This document shows positions 7,803-18,356 of a DNA stretch of 60,458 bases, piece by piece (the first letter of the stretch is position 1; each line of letters opens with the position of its first letter). Both the position numbers and the translations under genes were made by a program. This stretch comes from Thermoplasmatota archaeon (lineage in GTDB: Archaea; Thermoplasmatota; Poseidoniia; Poseidoniales; Poseidoniaceae): contig JAYYDR010000055.1 in assembly GCA_036160735.1 (NCBI GenBank), positions 1 through 60,458 on the forward strand. Reading direction: 5' to 3'. A model generated the notes under the pieces. The model saw only the letters and a program-made list of their open reading frames with translations. It ran no database searches and was not told the origin of the DNA.

Positions 7803-9509
7803 TCAAACCACCCCCCACTTTGAGCGCAATTCAGAGGCGGCAAGGACCGAATCTGTCTCAATTAATTCAACATCATCTGAAAGTAGCATTGCGCCTTGCT
7901 CATCTACTATGGTTCTGCCATTTGCAAGCAATTCTCTTCCGAGAAGTTTTTCTCTCAAATCTTGAATGAATTGCATATTTCCATTTTCTGAAACGTTTGA
8001 CGAAATATCAGCCTGGCTCATTCCAAGTAATGATTCGGTTGCAGATTTGTTGACAATAAGGGAAATCGTCGATTTACCATTGTCAAGAACCATACGTAAT
8101 CTAACATCCATATTTCCTTCCTGCGAGCCGTGAGTTGCACACTCTCCATCCCTCAGTACTCTTCTACACTCAGTACATCGATAGATAATTCCGGAATCCT
8201 CTCTAATCGACACGATTGTACCTTGTGTTGAGATTCCAACTCTACTTGCACCGGAGGCCAATTCATCCAATTCAACGCTTACGAAATTATTTGCGAGGTC
8301 TACGTCTTCGCCCCATGGTGCACCAGCGAGAACTTCAACCTGCGAACTGTTGTCTACGGTGATGTCTGGAACACCTTGCCATGCCCTAACTCTAGCACCT
8401 TTGATTCTTACAATTACGGGGGTCGATTCGAAATCGAATGGTGGTTCTTCCCACATTGAAGTTCTGCACTTACCAGTGGGGTCAGCAACATCTCCGGACC
8501 AGACGCTCTTAGATTCTCCATCCTTTCCTTGGAAGTCTCTTCTAATCATTTTTTGAATTTCGACCACAATCTCTACATCCCTCGAACCGTCCCTTAGGTC
8601 CTCGATTTTACTTACAGATCTAGCCACTAAGTCTTCAGCCGATGCGAAATTTGAATCGTGATAGATTTCGATTCTGGAGGATGAACCAATGTTGATTTCC
8701 GGAGTGTCTCTGAAGACGTTTACCTGAGCGTTTTCTATCTTTAGTAGTGAGCCAACCTCATGGTCGAACGATTCCCAGGATAGGAATCCTATTGCGCCAG
8801 TATCGTCGGCAATTCTTCCTCTTACAACGTCTATAGAACCAGAGCCATCCCTGCGATGAATCACATCATTTCTGCTTGCAAGTAAACGACCAACTACTGT
8901 GACGTTACCCTCAGATTTGATGCTAGAAATCTCAACAGGTTCACCAGGAGTTGTTACCGTTCTGACTCCTTCGCGTAAAACTACAACTCTGCTAGCTTGA
9001 TTGATGTTAATAGACATCTTGCCTTGATACTCGTTTACAGACACTCCCTCGAGTCTCACTACTGCACCTGGGGCGAGGTTTGGGTTGTTGCCCCAGTCTT
9101 TGTATTCCCATCTAGTTCTCTCCCCGCCTTCTGACCATGGCTGGTCTTCAATCAAGCCATATGGTACAATTTTTTCTTCTCCTCTTACCATTGTTGTTCT
9201 AGGATTATGAGTTACCACTTCAACTTCAATTTCGACATTCCTGTCGTCACCGGAGAGGTCTGACAACTTCTCAACTTTCTTGATTGGCAAGGATTGTCTT
9301 TGATTACCACCGGATTGCTGATTGGTCTGCGCAGGAGTACCTGTATCAGATTGGAATCTTCTCAGTACTGACCTCATCGCATCCTCTGGAGGAATCAAGA
9401 AGTCTTTCTCGTACCTAGCGAAAGCCTCTGCAACTTTTTCAGGATCAGCTTCAGGGACCTGATTGATGACCTCAGCCACATGTGCGTCATAATCAGACAT
9501 CTGTGACAC
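7803..9509 (-). CDS. rpa: replication protein A (replication factor A) large subunit, multi-OB with zinc ribbon
   Basis: 568 aa. Repeated OB-fold-like modules plus a Cys4-type zinc motif, CTECRRVLRDGECATHG, embedded in the last OB fold, as in euryarchaeal RPA. GAGGTG precedes the ATG. Confidence 0.8.
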   Translation of the reverse strand: MSQMSDYDAHVAEVINQVPEADPEKVAEAFARYEKDFLIPPEDAMRSVLRRFQSDTGTPAQTNQQSGGNQRQSLPIKKVEKLSDLSGDDRNVEIEVEVVTHNPRTTMVRGEEKIVPYGLIEDQPWSEGGERTRWEYKDWGNNPNLAPGAVVRLEGVSVNEYQGKMSININQASRVVVLREGVRTVTTPGEPVEISSIKSEGNVTVVGRLLASRNDVIHRRDGSGSIDVVRGRIADDTGAIGFLSWESFDHEVGSLLKIENAQVNVFRDTPEINIGSSSRIEIYHDSNFASAEDLVARSVSKIEDLRDGSRDVEIVVEIQKMIRRDFQGKDGESKSVWSGDVADPTGKCRTSMWEEPPFDFESTPVIVRIKGARVRAWQGVPDITVDNSSQVEVLAGAPWGEDVDLANNFVSVELDELASGASRVGISTQGTIVSIREDSGIIYRCTECRRVLRDGECATHGSQEGNMDVRLRMVLDNGKSTISLIVNKSATESLLGMSQADISSNVSENGNMQFIQDLREKLLGRELLANGRTIVDEQGAMLLSDDVELIETDSVLAASELRSKWGVV

Positions 9510-9679
9510 CTCGACGGTCAGTTTCGATTTCTGGCCCGTCGCAGGACGGGTGGTTGGGCTTTCGTGCTGGTTGGTTGAATCTATTGGACACTCCCTTTCA
9601 CCTCCGTGGAGTTGAATGACTAATGGAGAAGGTTCATGAAGATGTCTGCAAGATTTTCAACAAAGTGAAAGTAAACTAA

Positions 9680-11080
9680 TCAAGCAGGATTAATTCTCAA
9701 ACCGTCCATCATTAGCACATCAGGTACATGCATTGAGCCGGTACTGTATGAACCCTTGCGTATTGACGAGTCACCTAATACAACCCTACCGGATAACGCC
9801 TTAGCCATGTTCCCGGAAAAGCCAGCTTGCGATAGAGCACCTATTATCTCACCACCCTCAACTCGTAAAATCGTAGAAGTAGTTACAGAAAAGTCCCCGC
9901 TAGTTGGATTTGCAGTATGTGCGCCCATAACGCTGTGGACAACATATCCTTCTTCCATTTCTTCGACTAGACGATCCCTTGAATGAGTTTTTGCAGAAGA
10001 GGATAGAATCAAATCACTGCATCCGCAAATTGGAGGTGCTGTGTGACCTCCTCTTGATGCGGAGCCTGTTGTTTGCGCAGAATCTACCTTGCCTTCAGAG
10101 ATTAGTTTTGCAGCATCCCGGGTGGACCATAATTCCCCAGTCAATCTGCCGGAATCAACTATTGTTTGAGTTCTGCTTGGAACACCCTCATCATCCCTCG
10201 AGCCAGATGACATACCACCTTCCATCAGGCCGTCGTCTACTAAGGAAAGGTGGTCAGCAATCACACGTTCATTCATTTTCCCGGACCAGAAGGACTCGCC
10301 TCTGGCAAGTCTTTCTCCTTTGATTGCAGATGGGACAACTACTGAAAATAGAGGAGAAAAACCGTCAGATGTCATCAAGACTGGACAGTCTTGAGTACCT
10401 TTTCCTGAAACCTTTTCACGAGTAATTTGAGACCAATGAACAGCTTTGTCAACGCACGCAGTCAAATCCTTGAGAAGAGTTCTAGATGATTCTCCTTCAT
10501 ACGAAGATGTAAGTTGGTCATTCTCATCTATTGAAACATGAATGCCTATTCCATGTGAAGTATAGACTCCTCCATCTTCGATTCCCGAACTTGTAACTAT
10601 GGCACCTGCACCAGCACCTACTCCTACTCCTCCGCCTACGGCAACCGCCCTAGAATCTAACTCAGAGACTCTAGTAAGCACCTGGTCACCTTGTGCCAAG
10701 AGGTCTTCTGGACCCATGTCTAGAATTGCTTTATCTTTCATGCCACCAACCTTGGTAGCAGAATGATTACCGGGTAATTCAAAGCCATCAATCGAAGGAG
10801 ATTTTCTTGCTATGCTAATTGCTTGCCCGATTGCATGAGATGCTGAAGAAGGGTCAACTAAGTGAGCAAAACCGTACCTTCCATCCTCTACAATTCGAAT
10901 TCCGAATCCACCTTCGCCACCGCCTGAAGCCATGGAAATTTTTCCAGCTTCGATATCAAGGGAGTGGCCATATCCTTGCGAAGCAAAAATTTCCCACTGG
11001 GAAATTCCTTCACTATCACAGGCTTTTCCAATCTCTAGCGCTGAATCCATCAAGCGTTCAACTGCATCATCTGGAATCAT
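9680..11080 (-). CDS. pmbA: PmbA/TldE family metalloprotease partner
   Basis: 466 aa with PmbA_TldD-family layout (GGEGGFGIRIVEDGRYGFA, Gly-rich middle, C-terminal SGDFS...GG). It lies directly downstream of tldD with a 1-nt gap. Confidence 0.8.
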   Translation of the reverse strand: MIPDDAVERLMDSALEIGKACDSEGISQWEIFASQGYGHSLDIEAGKISMASGGGEGGFGIRIVEDGRYGFAHLVDPSSASHAIGQAISIARKSPSIDGFELPGNHSATKVGGMKDKAILDMGPEDLLAQGDQVLTRVSELDSRAVAVGGGVGVGAGAGAIVTSSGIEDGGVYTSHGIGIHVSIDENDQLTSSYEGESSRTLLKDLTACVDKAVHWSQITREKVSGKGTQDCPVLMTSDGFSPLFSVVVPSAIKGERLARGESFWSGKMNERVIADHLSLVDDGLMEGGMSSGSRDDEGVPSRTQTIVDSGRLTGELWSTRDAAKLISEGKVDSAQTTGSASRGGHTAPPICGCSDLILSSSAKTHSRDRLVEEMEEGYVVHSVMGAHTANPTSGDFSVTTSTILRVEGGEIIGALSQAGFSGNMAKALSGRVVLGDSSIRKGSYSTGSMHVPDVLMMDGLRINPA

Positions 11081-11081
11081 A

Positions 11082-12551
11082 TCATCCCACCAATGCTTCC
11101 CTAATTCTCATTAGCGGACCGCCATCGCCAACTGGGACAGTTTGGCCTTTTCCACAGAATCCTGGTGAACCAAGGTATGCGTCTCGAGTTAGGCCGTCAA
11201 CATTCTTCAAAATTTCAAGGGTCATTCCCGAGACGCTGACATCCTTCACTGGACGTGACAATGAACCATTTTCAATAATCCATGCTTCTTGTGCTGCGAA
11301 TTGGAATGAGCCTCTACCAGTATCTACCTGGCCGCCTCTGCTACCGCAAGCGTAAACTCCGAATTCGATGTCTTCAATCAGTTCATCAAGGTCTTTGTGA
11401 GTACCACCTTGAATCACAGTGTTGGACATTCTTACTAGCGGATGGTGTAGACCATCTTGTGCTCTAGCTCCGCCATTAGGGTCCAAATCGTATCTGTGTG
11501 CGGTTTCTCTGTGATTGAGATATTCGGTTAGCACTCCGTTCACAATCAAGTTCTTTGGCCTTGTATTGACACCCTCATCGTCTACGGGGTAGCACCCATA
11601 GCCTCCACGCATAGTCGGGTCATCAACGACTGTGCAGATCTCTGAGCCGATTGTTTGACCAAGTCTGCCTTCCAAGCATGAGTCGCCTGCAGCGACTAAG
11701 TCAGCCTCACATGGATGTCCCAAAGCTTCGTGGATGTATACTCCTGTAAGATCTCTATCCGCTACTAACGGCATTTTACCAGATGGTGCTCTCTCAGCCT
11801 TCAATAGCCGTAGTGCTGAAATTCTTGCATTTCTACCCATTTCGCCGAGGTCGCATGACTCGATAACTTCGAGCCCACCTTCACCGCCATGCCTCATTCT
11901 ATAGGAGACAACGTCAGAGCCTTCTCGTGCTGTGACCATACCGTTGATTAGGCTCCTTTGAAACGACCAGACTCTGTTCATTCCTTCAGTAGTCATCAAT
12001 TCGGTGTGGATGTGTTCATCCGACCAACCTGTGGAGGTTGATACGATGTTTTCATGGTCTTTGGCTTCATTGTCGATAGCCAGCATCATCTCGATTCGGG
12101 TATCCAAATCAGTATCACGTACATCTTTCACACTTCTCCAATGAGTCACGTCCTCGATTATTGGAACCTCCGCTAGGCCTACTGGAAGTTGGGATGAAGA
12201 GCGACGTGCTGCAACAGCTTTTGCTAGCCTTAGTGTCGACTCAACTTGCTCTGGAATTGAAGAAATGTCACTTGTTGAGTGTACTCCCCAAGCACCATCG
12301 GCAAGTATCCTCATTGTTACGCCTATTTCTTCTCCAGGAATTGCGCGCTCTAGCTTTCCATCTTTGAGAGAAGCAGTGTTGGTGGTTTGACTGACCAATC
12401 TTATCTCTGCATATTCTGCGCCTAATTCTGAAGCATTGTTTAGTGCCTTGTTTATTTTGTCTTCATCTAGTAATCTCCCACTAGAGAACATCGAATCTGA
12501 TTGCCGAGTTGCGACCACCATGAATACCCGGTGCAGTCGGGGCTCTTTCAC
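11082..12551 (-). CDS. tldD: TldD family zinc metalloprotease
   Basis: 489 aa. HEALGHPCEAD zinc motif and GGQVDTGRGSFQF C-terminal block typical of TldD. Confidence 0.85.
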   Translation of the reverse strand: MKEPRLHRVFMVVATRQSDSMFSSGRLLDEDKINKALNNASELGAEYAEIRLVSQTTNTASLKDGKLERAIPGEEIGVTMRILADGAWGVHSTSDISSIPEQVESTLRLAKAVAARRSSSQLPVGLAEVPIIEDVTHWRSVKDVRDTDLDTRIEMMLAIDNEAKDHENIVSTSTGWSDEHIHTELMTTEGMNRVWSFQRSLINGMVTAREGSDVVSYRMRHGGEGGLEVIESCDLGEMGRNARISALRLLKAERAPSGKMPLVADRDLTGVYIHEALGHPCEADLVAAGDSCLEGRLGQTIGSEICTVVDDPTMRGGYGCYPVDDEGVNTRPKNLIVNGVLTEYLNHRETAHRYDLDPNGGARAQDGLHHPLVRMSNTVIQGGTHKDLDELIEDIEFGVYACGSRGGQVDTGRGSFQFAAQEAWIIENGSLSRPVKDVSVSGMTLEILKNVDGLTRDAYLGSPGFCGKGQTVPVGDGGPLMRIREALVG

Positions 12552-12562
12552 ATTTACGAGTT

Positions 12563-13051
12563 CTAGCGCAAATCTGAGAGGTGGATATGTCCTATTGCAG
12601 CATCCTCTGAAGCATCTCCCTCAATACCCATTCTTGCAGCATCAAAAATTGAAATATTTGGTCGCTCATCTATGATTTCAAAGTTCATCTTTTCAGCGTG
12701 CTTGGCGAATATCTCATCAGATTGTTCACATGACAGATCTACTATCCAAGCTGTTTCATCACCTTCACAAAGACCTGCTCTTTTGAAACTAGTAGCAATG
12801 TGATGTGTGCCTGATAGTAGCCTGATAAACTCACCATCAAGTGAATTTGATTTCATTTTACCTCGTTCTTTGTTTCGCATTAGAACTTCATGAGCGACCC
12901 AGCCATGAACATCACTCGCAAGACATGTGCCGCTGATGAGCGCCCAATTCTCCGATTCTCTATTCTCTATCCACGTCATAGCAAGCGCCCTTGGGTCAAC
13001 GCAAGGCTCGCTAAGAACCACTCTCTTGCATGGAAATGCTGGCGGGGACAC
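12563..13051 (-). CDS. probable KEOPS subunit Cgi121
   Basis: 162 aa. EFIRLLSGTHHIATSFKRAGLCEGDETAWIVDLSCEQ parallels the archaeal Cgi121 block E(I/L)LxxxSGxRQIxxAIxxxG...vclic. Size fits. The start could be ATG at 12979. Confidence 0.45.
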   Translation of the reverse strand: MSPPAFPCKRVVLSEPCVDPRALAMTWIENRESENWALISGTCLASDVHGWVAHEVLMRNKERGKMKSNSLDGEFIRLLSGTHHIATSFKRAGLCEGDETAWIVDLSCEQSDEIFAKHAEKMNFEIIDERPNISIFDAARMGIEGDASEDAAIGHIHLSDLR

Positions 13052-13075
13052 AATTGCCGGAAAGCATTCACAATT

Positions 13076-15604
13076 TCAACCCTGACGCTCTCCAGGCAGA
13101 GGTTCATCATCGCTTCGAGATTGCTTAGTTTCGTGTTTTGTTGAAATTTTCTTTACAGAATCTAGTATTCTCTCTACCAAAATTGGGCCCCATCCACGCT
13201 TCGACTTTAGTTTGTCTAAATCCTTTGCAGACATTGCAAGTAAGTCCGCAGGGGTTCTTATTCCCATCTCTGAGAGAGTCCTAGCTCTATTTCTTCCAAC
13301 GTTTCTGACCTGAACAAGTTGTAGTAAATCCTCTTTGCAGCCTGCTCGCACTCTAGCCCTTGTTAATTCAAGTAATCCTGCCAAATCTGCAACATAGCCT
13401 AGATGTTCTTCGGCAAATACATCGTCTCTTAGCAATATTTCCCTAGCAGCAAGTAGAAGCCATCCCATCAAATCTGTTCGAGAATATACATCACCAGGAG
13501 TTACACCCAGTTCTTTTTCGATTTCCCTCAAGTCTTTCTCTTCATACCAAAATTCCGTACACCAAGCACTCTTGACCATTCCCATAGCCCTTTCATCAAT
13601 CGGACTTTCAATCAATAATTCATCCTCAACAATTGCTGCTTTTTGCCTCAAATCGCTTCCAAATTCAAGTTCCTTTGATTTAGGCCACAGCGAAATAAAA
13701 TCTGGGGTTGCTGCAACTAGATGACAAAGTGAGAAACTGGTCACTGGAAGTGTATTACGAACAATTCTCCTAACTGCACGACGCAAGCCCTCAAGCAATA
13801 TGTCAGCAGAGAGTGGGTCGATATACAATTGAGCCACTCTCTCTCCCATCGGAGTTGCTTCGTATTCATTGTCAAGAGCCTCGATTTCAAGTGAAGTCGA
13901 GGTCTGAACTGAAATTCTCGATGCTCTCTGGAATCCAAAGGTTGCTTCTACGGGCTCTACGGATTTCTTCTTGCTCATTGAAACGCCAGATGCTGCTTGA
14001 GCAGCATCGACCCAAGACGGTAATTCATCATCCCAATCTTCTTCTTCCACACCAATATTTGTCCTTCGAATAAACCTTTTTTCAACCAACCACCTTAGCA
14101 TTGAGTCGATTGTTTCTTGAAGGTATGAATTGGTTTGAGTGTGGCCAAGATAGGTACCAGCAAAGAATTCACCAATCGCCCTTCTTGTATGGAGTCCCCC
14201 CGTAGCAATTGATGATAGAAGATGAAAACGCATTGCAGGTTCTGCAGCTAATTTCGATGTGATATCTTCAACGGGGCCGTGAATGTAGCGGTCTGCGATT
14301 TCGTCGGCCATTTGTCTTGGGTCACCACCTTTGCATGCTAACCAAGCTTCTCCCACTGGGTCGTATCTAGGGCGACCTGCTCTTCCGAGCATCTGCTTAA
14401 CTTCCATTACAGGTAATAGCCGGCTCATCCCGTCATCAAACCGTTTCAAATCTCTAACAAGAACTCGTCTAGCAGGGAGATTTACTCCTGCTGCCAAGGT
14501 AGGAGTTGCGCTGAGACAATACAATAATCGTTCTTTGAACGCGTTTTCGATTTCTGTTCGTTGAGCGTGCATCAGACCCGCATGATGGAAGGCAACACCA
14601 CCTTTCACACACTCTGCAAGTGTATCGCCCATTGCTGAGTTGGAAGACCTCGCTAAGCGCTGAGATAATTCCCTAAGTTTCGGTAATACTTCAGGATTAT
14701 TTTTCTGAAGATACTTCTCCATACGTTGACCTAATTTCTTTGCTTCAGATTGGGCAGATCTTCTTGAAGATACAAACACCAGTAACTGACCACCGTCTTC
14801 GTATACATCGCTCAATGCAGCCCAAGCAATATGCGATTTTGGACCATCAAGGGTCCTCGGCGGCCCTAGGTTTGAACTTGATGAGAACTCACTTTTTTGA
14901 ATCGCTCTTGGCTCTAAATCCAGTTCAGCCAATGTAGCATACTCTAGGCTTACTGGCCTCCATTCAGAGACTACCAAATCGCTGTTGAGCCAATCTGCTA
15001 AATCTTGAGAATTACCCACTGTAGCGGATAATGTGATTATTTGAGCCTCTGGCAACAAGTGTCTGATTCTAGCCAAATTAATTTCCATCGTAGGTCCTCT
15101 GTGGCTGTCGTTTAGGAGATGGAACTCATCTGCAACAACGACCGAAACCCTCCGCAATACTTCTGCCTTTGAGCGCATTAACGAGTCTAATTTTTCACTG
15201 GTGCATACAAGAATATCACAATCATCGATTTGTCTAGTTTCACTCGGTGCGTCTCCAATCCCCAAACCGATTTTTAGGCCAAGGCTTTCACCAAGTTGCT
15301 TTAGTTCTTCCAATTTCTCTGTTGCAAGTGCCTTCAATGGAACGATGTATATCCCTCTTGAACCAGGATTGACCGTCAATAACTGATTGACAATTCCCAT
15401 ATAGGCTACCAAACTCTTTCCACTAGCAGTCGGTATACACACCATGGTGTTCTTGCCTTGAAGTATTGAAGGCATGGCATCTGCTTGTGGTGGATGTAAT
15501 GTGTCGATACCCCAATCTTTTTTGATGAAATTTGTGAAGTCAACGGGCAAACCGAGATTTGAAACAGACCTCTCCGGTTCACCCATGGTCGTTTGAAGTG
15601 TCAA
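13076..15604 (-). CDS. hel308: Ski2-like DNA helicase Hel308
   Basis: 842 aa. SF2 motifs CIPTASGKS (I), VVADEFH (II), SAT (III) and QMLGRAGRP (VI), with C-terminal HhH-like VRNVGRNRARTL, as in archaeal Hel308/Hjm. Confidence 0.85.
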   Translation of the reverse strand: MTLQTTMGEPERSVSNLGLPVDFTNFIKKDWGIDTLHPPQADAMPSILQGKNTMVCIPTASGKSLVAYMGIVNQLLTVNPGSRGIYIVPLKALATEKLEELKQLGESLGLKIGLGIGDAPSETRQIDDCDILVCTSEKLDSLMRSKAEVLRRVSVVVADEFHLLNDSHRGPTMEINLARIRHLLPEAQIITLSATVGNSQDLADWLNSDLVVSEWRPVSLEYATLAELDLEPRAIQKSEFSSSSNLGPPRTLDGPKSHIAWAALSDVYEDGGQLLVFVSSRRSAQSEAKKLGQRMEKYLQKNNPEVLPKLRELSQRLARSSNSAMGDTLAECVKGGVAFHHAGLMHAQRTEIENAFKERLLYCLSATPTLAAGVNLPARRVLVRDLKRFDDGMSRLLPVMEVKQMLGRAGRPRYDPVGEAWLACKGGDPRQMADEIADRYIHGPVEDITSKLAAEPAMRFHLLSSIATGGLHTRRAIGEFFAGTYLGHTQTNSYLQETIDSMLRWLVEKRFIRRTNIGVEEEDWDDELPSWVDAAQAASGVSMSKKKSVEPVEATFGFQRASRISVQTSTSLEIEALDNEYEATPMGERVAQLYIDPLSADILLEGLRRAVRRIVRNTLPVTSFSLCHLVAATPDFISLWPKSKELEFGSDLRQKAAIVEDELLIESPIDERAMGMVKSAWCTEFWYEEKDLREIEKELGVTPGDVYSRTDLMGWLLLAAREILLRDDVFAEEHLGYVADLAGLLELTRARVRAGCKEDLLQLVQVRNVGRNRARTLSEMGIRTPADLLAMSAKDLDKLKSKRGWGPILVERILDSVKKISTKHETKQSRSDDEPLPGERQG

Positions 15605-15669
15605 TAGTCCAAAAGGTAAGCGATTGATTAGCCGACACTGCTAAGTCCTATTTTGTGTGTGGTAACAAC

Positions 15670-16311
15670 ATGGGCAGTGACGATGCTTTGGTTGACGAGA
15701 GACTTTCAGTCTTCGATGATGAGGCGGATTTGAATGACTGGTTTGAGGTCATAGCAGGTTCACTGATGGCCGTAATTGGAATTTTCCAGTTAATTTCGCC
15801 AGGCGATTTAGTAGACCCTGATGTAATGAGATGGTTCGCTGCAGCGGTTACGGTTTCAGGCATAATTTGGGCAGGTCATGGATTGAAAGACATGGCAATT
15901 AAGGAAGTCAGAAAATCAATTGTTTTGCTAGAGATGGGTTCAAAACAAGGCAGCATCGATTATGGTTTAATCAGAGATGTTATCCTAAACCCTGAAGCTT
16001 ACACAGAGTTCCTAGTCAAAGAATATGAGAACGCTTTTGCAGACGGTGTGATCACTGACAAGGAACTAGAAGAATTGAAAGCGATTCAGACTGCCTTGGG
16101 AATAAGTGATGAAGACGCTGCAAAGATGGCAGTAAAGAGTGCGATAAAGTCAGCTCTTGCTGATGGCAAGGTCACTGATGATGAGAAAGTAATGATCGTA
16201 AATGCTGCTGAAGGGCTATCTAAGGCAAAGAAGAACAAATTAACCAAGGCACTAGAAAGTGGTGAAATCACTGAAGAGGTCGAAAAGATTCTCAAGAGTT
16301 TAGATGACTAA
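15670..16311 (+). CDS. membrane protein with TerB-like helical repeat region
   Basis: ATG at 15670 (track start 15655 is non-ATG). Two TM helices are followed by repeated motifs DGVITDKELEELKAI and DGKVTDDEKVMI, reminiscent of TerB/DjlA-type domains. Confidence 0.35.
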   Translation: MGSDDALVDERLSVFDDEADLNDWFEVIAGSLMAVIGIFQLISPGDLVDPDVMRWFAAAVTVSGIIWAGHGLKDMAIKEVRKSIVLLEMGSKQGSIDYGLIRDVILNPEAYTEFLVKEYENAFADGVITDKELEELKAIQTALGISDEDAAKMAVKSAIKSALADGKVTDDEKVMIVNAAEGLSKAKKNKLTKALESGEITEEVEKILKSLDD

Positions 16312-18356
16312 TCCCATTTGTTTTCAAGAGCAAACTGGCTTAGAATATTCTTGGCATTAGTTCTGCGTTTGTTTTCAATTCCAATACCTAGCAATATCAG
16401 AGCTATTCCTATAATTACCCAAACGTATTGTGATTCAAGTAGTGGTTCTGATGGCTTCACTGAATTTGTTGAATACATCAAATTGTGATTTATTTCATTG
16501 TCTATCTTAATCCTGAATTCTAAATCATCCTTTATACCATCTAGCAAAACGATCGAAACTAGGTTGGGATAGAGGTTTTCCTGCATAAGCCTCCATCTTC
16601 CCTCAGGTACGTCTGCCGGCCTTGTACCCCATGCCGGTTCCTGAATCGAACCAAGTTTTCTCGATTCAACCATTTCTGTTTCAAAAAGAATAACATTCGA
16701 AGTGGGCAAATCATCAACAACAAGCAATGCCTCTAGCATCAGTATATCCAACATCAAGGTTCTTGCTGCAAGAAGAATGAACGAACGCGAATGAGAATCA
16801 AGTAAATCATCTACTGGGCTTGTTTCTGATTTTTCTGCAACCTTTGCAAAAATCTTTGATTCAAAATCTAACTCATAAAATTCTGGAATGTAGAGTTGCC
16901 ATCTTCCATCGTCCAAAGGCCAGGCAGAATCCGCAACCAGTCTCAAGGAAAGGGTCTCTCCATCCAACATACCGAATGTTGAACCAACATGCAAAGCTTT
17001 TGACGAGGCTGGAGCATTTGGGTGTGATGCGTGCCAAATTTGGTCTAAACGATTTTCAATCAACTCATCTAAAGTAATCTCATCTGATGATGGCATTTCT
17101 CCTGCTATAGCCCACATTGGAGAAACTATTCCACTAAGGAATAAAACAAGAACGCCTGGAACAAATATACCGAATCTTACCGCTCGTGATGTTGTTTCAG
17201 CCCTCAATTCAATGACCAGACCAAGCAAAATAGCGAATGATAACACTAGAACCATCACTCCGGATGTTCCATCCAATTCCACTGACCCATATTGGTCAGC
17301 CTTCATTCCATAACCTTCCCATTCCCATGAAGAATAATCAAATCCATCGGGAGATGTGGGGCCCAAACTCTCGAATGCGATTAATCCAATCCACTTGTAG
17401 GGCTGAAACGAATTCAGTTTACCACCAATACAGAAATCATATTCTCCAACAGGTAATGCTCTCCACTTCCATGTACTCTTCGTTACGCCGTTTACTACTT
17501 CTGTTTCTAATTCCGGTACAGGTGCAAGGCGGTTATCCGGTAAAATCAGATCGGGCCTGCCATGATTCTGTTCTATCTCGGATGGTACCTCTTCCCACTC
17601 GATTGTAATCGTCATTATTTCGTGATTTTCAACATCAAAAGACCAGCAATCCCAATCATCTTCCACCAACGCACCATAGTGAACTGTATCCAATTCTGTT
17701 TGGCGAGGAGATGCATGTGAGGACGGTTCATCGACATCTCGAGAATCGACATCCTCCGACCAAATTATGTCGAGGAACATGTAAGAAGCACCTCTGAGAT
17801 TCAACTGCCAAGTTCCTGGCCTCTCGACTTCAAACTGTAGTAAAATTCTGATTTCTTCCCCTGGCCACAGTAGACGGTCACCAGCAAGATCTAGTGGTTC
17901 ATCGTTTACTTTGTACGCACCCTGCATACCATCTGCAGGATTTGAATCCCCTTGGAATTCGATTACAGTTGTAGACTGTGCAATAATGATAGTCACCTCT
18001 AAGTCCGGTCTAGAAATACCCACTAGGTCATCTTGGTACCGTAAATCAATCTGCAATTCATCAATCTCTTGAGGGATTAATGCGATTTCAGTTTGTGAAG
18101 GAGTCATTGGTAATTCGATGAAAACAGTTGACGGAGAGATTGGAGTAGCTGAGTTCACACTACCACTAATACTCTCTTCCCCAGTATGAAATTCAGTTAA
18201 AGAGCAATCGTTGACGTCGTTACATGAGAACCAAAGTTCCCCACCATCATCCTCTGAATCAATGGCTGCACTGACATTTGGTGTGCAAAGAATAAGAAGG
18301 AGCAAGACAGTGAGTTTGCTCCGCATGTTGCGTTGTCTGAGTGGTATACTAATCAC
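16308..18356 (-). CDS. large secreted/membrane protein, unknown function
   Basis: 682 aa. It has a signal peptide (LTVLLLLILCTPNVSAA), an extracellular domain, central TM helices, a second large domain and a C-terminal TM (VWVIIGIALILLGIGI). The start overlaps the upstream stop (18353-18356). Confidence 0.5.
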   Translation of the reverse strand: MISIPLRQRNMRSKLTVLLLLILCTPNVSAAIDSEDDGGELWFSCNDVNDCSLTEFHTGEESISGSVNSATPISPSTVFIELPMTPSQTEIALIPQEIDELQIDLRYQDDLVGISRPDLEVTIIIAQSTTVIEFQGDSNPADGMQGAYKVNDEPLDLAGDRLLWPGEEIRILLQFEVERPGTWQLNLRGASYMFLDIIWSEDVDSRDVDEPSSHASPRQTELDTVHYGALVEDDWDCWSFDVENHEIMTITIEWEEVPSEIEQNHGRPDLILPDNRLAPVPELETEVVNGVTKSTWKWRALPVGEYDFCIGGKLNSFQPYKWIGLIAFESLGPTSPDGFDYSSWEWEGYGMKADQYGSVELDGTSGVMVLVLSFAILLGLVIELRAETTSRAVRFGIFVPGVLVLFLSGIVSPMWAIAGEMPSSDEITLDELIENRLDQIWHASHPNAPASSKALHVGSTFGMLDGETLSLRLVADSAWPLDDGRWQLYIPEFYELDFESKIFAKVAEKSETSPVDDLLDSHSRSFILLAARTLMLDILMLEALLVVDDLPTSNVILFETEMVESRKLGSIQEPAWGTRPADVPEGRWRLMQENLYPNLVSIVLLDGIKDDLEFRIKIDNEINHNLMYSTNSVKPSEPLLESQYVWVIIGIALILLGIGIENKRRTNAKNILSQFALENKWD

